Source of the DNA: an uncultured Nitrososphaerales archaeon | GTDB lineage: Archaea > Thermoproteota > Nitrososphaeria > Nitrososphaerales > Nitrososphaeraceae | Assembly: GCA_963709405.1 (NCBI GenBank) | Contig: CAVPXM010000087.1 | Location: 1-25,058 of the forward strand | Direction of reading: 5' to 3' | DNA length: 25,058 nucleotides | Shown: piece by piece, positions 20,290-25,058 of the stretch | Layout of the letters: every line of letters begins with the position of its first letter | Position numbering within the stretch: the stretch's first letter is position 1 | The notes under the pieces: model-generated | Databases searched by the model: none | What the model was told of the DNA's origin: nothing | The model's input: the letters and a program-made list of their open reading frames with translations, nothing else | Program-made: the position numbers and the translations under genes

Positions 20290-21765
20290 CTACATCTGCA
20301 CAGTCTTCAACACACCTGATGAAAATAGTGATTTTGTTATTGCATTAAATTGTTGTTTGTCTTGAATATTTGATAAGCCTGTGATTAGTTTTTCCAGCAT
20401 ACCTTGCATATTGTTGAATCTGTCCTCCATTAGCGGTAAGTTTGTCTTCTTTTTGTTTCTCTGACTCTAACGTTTCAGAATAGGCATCATATGTTAACAC
20501 CATTCTACATTTAGCACAGAACTTGCCATCTGGTTTATTAGGTTCGTTGCAATTAGGACATTGTTTTGGTCTTAGTGCATCTGATAATTTCTGATCCTTA
20601 GTGACTATACCATATGCTTCCAACAATGATTCTGAGGCTTCGTTTCCAAAATAATGAAGATATTTTTGTGGCATGTTTGAACCTGTAGTCCAACCTGCAA
20701 ATTGCCTTAGGGTATGTTCCTTTAATATCTTGGATTTCTCTGTTAATGCACTATGTCTTCTTATATAAGGATTCCAAGGTTTCTTTAGTAATTCTCTAAT
20801 TCTTTGTTTATCTTCTGGCTGGACATTTGGATTCTGTAATAGTTTTGGAAATAATTTTGTTTTATATGCATTATAGATAACTGAAATAGAATGTGAATCG
20901 ATCGACCTGCCAATACTTTTTCCAATTCCACAAATAAATATTGCATTTGGATTACCAGGTTGCGGATGTTCATGGTCAAGATAATCTTTAACATATGGTA
21001 TTGAATCAATCAAAGGTATATGCCTACTCCCTGTCTTACCATTTACTAAAACCTCCGCATACTGTCTGGTTCCAGCAGATTTGAATACAATATCTCTTAT
21101 TCTTAATTTCAATATTTCATGTGGTCTGCAACCTGTATCATAGGACATCGCATGGAAGCATTTTATTCTCTTTGAAGGACAGTATTTCAAGAACAGAAGA
21201 TCATCCTCAGCAGTCCACAAGTCAGTAGGTTTGTAGATTGATTTTTCTTTTCTTTTTAATTGGAGAATATTTTCCATTATTGCAGGCTTAGATCTTTTAT
21301 CAGGTTCTACATCAGGATAATATAGCCATTTAAAGAATCTGAGTAAATATATCCTAAATAGATTGTACGTTCCTATCCATTTATGTAGAGGGTCTGAGGC
21401 TTCAGTTTTACGAAGACTATCTAGGAATGATAAGATATCGTCTCTTATTACCTGTTTGAATGCTTTATTGTGGTGAAATATGGAAAACCTGATCAATAAC
21501 CTGATATTGTCTCTTCGGTAGTTATCTGCTGGATTAATCTCAGACTTCATTGATAAAATATAATTAGCGATTGTTAGAGCATTATCCTGGATATTTTGTA
21601 AAATTGTTTATAACAGTCTGATTTAAGTCCCGCTGTAGCATTTTCAATTTTTCTATCGAAAAATGGGTCATTGTATTCTTCCTGTTTCTGTTCTTTCGCT
21701 ACAGTGAAATTGCTTCTCAGTTTCGTTGTCGCTATTCTGACTGTATTAGATGAAGACGATACCAT
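20290..21765 (-). CDS. Tyrosine recombinase/integrase with C-terminal double zinc ribbon; frameshifts near 21588 and 20431 as read
   Basis: YDTGCRPHE (R), NGKTG (K), NPYIRRHSA (R/H), AGWT, PQKYLHY (Y), CPNC...FCAKC. Joins: ...YKIS/DNALTIANYILSMKSEINP... and ...KLTA/MEDRFNNMQGMLEKLI...LFSSGVLKTVQM*. Confidence 0.93.
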
Positions 21766-21848
21766 TTTAGTATATACACCTATTGGACTAAGCCGTATGA
21801 TATAAGCGTATATTATATATCACATTATGTATTAATAATAAATCCTGA

Positions 21849-23123
21849 TTGGAAACAAAGACTCATTTAGTATTAGTTGGCTTTGGTCAGAACAGAATCC
21901 ATCTGATTCCGGCGGTAATGGCTATTTGTAATGATCTTCCAGAACTCAAAGTGACGATAATTGATAAGAAGAGTTTTGAGTCCATTATTGGAGAAAGCAG
22001 GCTATTAACGGAAGAGCAGACCAACTGGTGTAAGGAAAGATTCGTGCAAGAGAATGGCGGCAGTGAAGTGGTTACTGATAATTTGCTGTTAAGAGAAATA
22101 TTACGGACAGGTTATGAAAAAGGTTTTCAAAGAATTTTCTATTTGTCTCTTCCTCCTGAGATCTTCGAATCTACTATCAAGAAATACTCTGGATATGCTG
22201 ATATTTTTATAATCGAAAAGCCTTGGGCATTAGATCAGGAACGTCTTCGAAAAATTGTTGAATCCTCAAGGTCTATTAAAATACTCGGAATCGATCACTA
22301 TCTGTGGAAGCCAAAGGTTAGACAATTTCTGAAAGATATGCAACTCGAATACAATCTAAAATTATTACTAGAAAGTCATTCTCTCGATTTTGTTCTTTGT
22401 GAATCTGATTTAGACTCCAGAGATAGAACTTACTTTTGGAAAACCGGTGTAGCTATAGGTATGATTCCACATGTCATGCCGTTGCTAGATAGACTATTTG
22501 ATAATCGCATAAGAAAGGTCTCAGTAAGAAAGGCTATTCCTGGTATATGTGACGATATAATAGTGAGTGACGTTCTTAATAAGAGTAATAATGTATCTGT
22601 TACTGGACCTAGTTCAACGGCAGCTATAAAATTCGATGTAAAGGAAACTTTCGCTGAGATAATCATGATTCTTTATCTCGAGTCAGGTCAAAGCAAATTA
22701 GTACATGTTGTATTAGGTAAGGGAATAACAGTACCATCTATTTTGGTCTGCGATGAGAGAAGCCAGTTTCAAAAATTCCTTTACTGTTCTTTTGGCAACA
22801 TATTCTTGGATCTGAGCAACTACAATATAGTATTAAAATGTGATAAAAAAGTATCAAATGAAATAGAAAGTCCATGGTATTATATGTTTAGATCCTTGAT
22901 TAGAAAGGAATATAATTGCTTTTTAGATATCGAGTTCATCCAAAAATACGTGTCTTTATACGGATCCATATTAAGTAGACTTAATGATTCGGTGTTAGAG
23001 GTTACCGGAAAAGAATTTACTTCAGGGTATGCTCGCCTTTTATTGAATTATGACGAATTTCGGTACGTCAAAGGAGAAGAATTTCACTTGAAATTAATAC
23101 ATCCTGGCTGCTTGCTTCACTAA
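21849..23123 (+). CDS. Divergent glucose-6-phosphate dehydrogenase-like (Zwf-fold) oxidoreductase
   Basis: Intact 424 aa with G6PD motifs in the correct order: LIPAV (LIPAL), FYLSLPP (FYLALPP), IIEKPWA (EKPFG), GIDHYLWK (RIDHYLGK), E...R.TYFWKTG (E...RGGYYD..G), GMIPH (DMIQNH), ETFAE (ETFAA), GKG (GKA). Confidence 0.8.
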   Translation: METKTHLVLVGFGQNRIHLIPAVMAICNDLPELKVTIIDKKSFESIIGESRLLTEEQTNWCKERFVQENGGSEVVTDNLLLREILRTGYEKGFQRIFYLSLPPEIFESTIKKYSGYADIFIIEKPWALDQERLRKIVESSRSIKILGIDHYLWKPKVRQFLKDMQLEYNLKLLLESHSLDFVLCESDLDSRDRTYFWKTGVAIGMIPHVMPLLDRLFDNRIRKVSVRKAIPGICDDIIVSDVLNKSNNVSVTGPSSTAAIKFDVKETFAEIIMILYLESGQSKLVHVVLGKGITVPSILVCDERSQFQKFLYCSFGNIFLDLSNYNIVLKCDKKVSNEIESPWYYMFRSLIRKEYNCFLDIEFIQKYVSLYGSILSRLNDSVLEVTGKEFTSGYARLLLNYDEFRYVKGEEFHLKLIHPGCLLH

Positions 23124-23139
23124 TAATTATGTAACCAAG

Positions 23140-23400
23140 TTATGATAGTATGCCATTATTATGATTTGGTGTTACTTGCGTTTAACCAAATGATTAAGGA
23201 TTATACATTTTTTAACTTTGTCACTATTGTACAGAATGGATCAAGATCAGGTTATGTCTAGTCTTTCCTTCAAAATCGTCACCATTAATTATTACATCAA
23301 AACTGTGGCTGCCAAAATAAGTATTAATAATTAAATCCAATTCTTGTATTGAAGAGCTACTTACAACAGCTTTCAGACAATTGCCAAGTTAACTATCTTA
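23140..23400 (-). pseudogene. Remnant of a HAD-superfamily (beta-phosphoglucomutase-like) phosphatase
   Basis: NCLKAVVSSSSIQELDLIINTYFGSHSFDVIINGDDFEGK then, frame-shifted, PDLDPF, matching HAD motif II and FDxIxxGDD...KPxPxP. The rest is heavily decayed. Confidence 0.6.
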
Positions 23401-24552
23401 ATTTATGTCTATAAAACATCTCTCATCTCTTCGTGATTATGACCAGATTTGTAGATGAATAATATGATACTTAACTTATTATTGTTATTATCAAGCTCAG
23501 TATTAATAATTAAGCACTCTAGTACTCTATTGTTCTTCTAATTTTCTCAACTCATTTAAGGTCTCTCTCCTTTAGACTATGCTTTCCGTAAATAAAGGGA
23601 AGGCCAGTTAATCTAGAAGCATACACTATAGTTACTAGGAATAAGCGGCTAAGTCTAACCCAGTGTCAAAATACAGAATTTCATATGTATACACAGGTAG
23701 CAACAAAATTTCGGATATTCACATTTTTGATAATACGTAACATTCTCTACTAATTATAGATAGAGAATGTACAACGAAAGAGAACAGCACAAATTCATTT
23801 GATATTTGTTAATATCTGATCAGTTGAGCATCGATTGTTTTGTCCAACGTCTGTTAGTTGTTGTGAACTAATAAAATAGTTGCCTATAAAAATTATGGCT
23901 GTACCTGCACGTAGCCCGATTCCAATTAGGACTGCAAGTCTATAGACTCTTTTCACGCTTCTACTATGAATTTAAGAATCTGCTGTTAGATGAGATGATG
24001 TAATTTTTACCATTTGATATAGTCCTATTTTTCACTTACTAGATATAACAAATCTTTGCTTTTATTGTTGTCCCAACTAACTTTGATAACCTCTGCAATA
24101 ATTCACCATTGTTCTCTAACGTAAAGGCCTGTCTATTTGTCAAAAAGAAGACGGAGCTTATTGATAGAGCCTCTGAGTTTTGCCGGATGTGGCTCAGTCT
24201 ATGATGGTCTTCTTATTGCCCTATTCGTCGAAAGTGTTTCTAAATTCATCCCGTCTAAAGAGGAGAAGAACTAGTCGAGACATTTATCCTGAACACATCG
24301 AATCGCGGGGGCTAAGCAATCAAAGTCTAAGACGCGATTATCCATAGTAACCGTAGTACATATTCAAATCTGTACAAGAAACAGTACGTAAGGTGTCACA
24401 TGTTCATAATATGAGATTCAATAAAGTACGATGGATACCCTGACGTTCTATGACGGCTCGTCATCTCACATTTAGATAAACCGAAGCCATAAGAAGATCA
24501 TTAGTGATATTAACTGGAAATCTGACGGGGATGTTGAAGGATGCGCCTGCTC

Positions 24553-24861
24553 ATGTCCCAGTTACCAAACGAATCAGCTATACATATAGAAGACACGGCC
24601 AAAATTAGGTCAATAACTGACTTCTCTTATAATGATCCAAATACGCCATATACACACCGCTCCCAAAGCAAGATTTAGACCAAAGCCCGTGTTATCCAAT
24701 AATTGCTATAAAGCAGGAATGCTATCACTGCGGATTACATCCTGAGATAAAGTATGTACACCAGAATCGAGAGAATCAAATACAAAGATCCTCTATTACA
24801 TAAATCAAGGTTCTTGAAATTAGTGACATTCCCAAACTCATATGAGTCATCCTATCAATAG
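24553..24861 (+). pseudogene. Remnant of a Cys/His-motif hypothetical protein
   Basis: Pieces in shifting frames QDLDQSPCYPIIAIKQECYHCGLHPEIK and KYKDPLLHKSRFLKL. From memory they resemble C-terminal CxxH...H tails of Nitrososphaeraceae element proteins; unverified. Confidence 0.35.
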
Positions 24862-25058
24862 GTAAAACTTCAGGACTTAGCGACAGTAATTACGCAACTG
24901 AAAGCCTGCTGACTCTACAATTGATATCTATAGATAGTAATCATTGGTTGATGTTAACCCATGGATTCAATTTGCTAATATCCAGTTAGTTTTTAATATA
25001 TCAGATAATATCGGATTCTTTTAAAGTCCAGTTAAGTTATATCGGAAAGAGTGTCTTC

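Larger units (their letters stand above)
16228..21765. mobile_element. Cryptic plasmid/virus-like integrated element (remnant); true ends not defined
   Basis: Integrase, AEP primase and a translationally coupled run of small Zn-finger/coiled-coil genes. No capsid or conjugation gene and no tRNA att site seen. Confidence 0.7.

Noticed and set aside
6021-22666. Remaining short overlapping track ORFs (6021, 6885, 7521, 7615, 9130, 11252, 11888, 13585, 16780, 17208, 17448, 20785, 22430)
   Set aside because: Each lies antisense or off-frame within a better-supported gene.
1-25058. tRNA att site, rRNA, CRISPR array, or capsid/conjugation genes
   Set aside because: None recognised by eye. tRNAscan-SE, a CRISPR finder and profile searches would be needed to exclude them formally.

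Overview
AT-rich archaeal DNA. Gene content and style (DUF1059 protein, Rieske ferredoxin, integrases with a C-terminal Zn ribbon, an AEP primase of the type annotated with PriX, TATA boxes ~25-30 nt before start codons) point to a soil ammonia-oxidising archaeon of the Nitrososphaeraceae (inference). This is an accessory, heavily decayed region with no rRNA, tRNA or CRISPR array that I can see. 1-11.4 kb holds redox/stress genes (F420 PPOX remnant, thioredoxin pseudogene, Rieske protein, MOSC, OsmC, SAM methyltransferase, SDR), a complete IS5-family element, a nuclease-fold/DUF6884-like pair and fused integrase/TauE fragments. 10-15.3 kb holds a cluster of predicted exported and membrane proteins. 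16.2-21.8 kb is a cryptic plasmid/virus-like integrated element: a tightly coupled small-gene operon ending in a primase, interrupted by an IS481 element, plus a divergent Zn-ribbon gene and a tyrosine integrase. Directly beside the integrase is an intact, highly divergent Zwf-type glucose-6-phosphate dehydrogenase homologue, the most unexpected gene here. Most genes carry 1-3 small indels, so some lesions may be sequencing or assembly errors rather than real decay.
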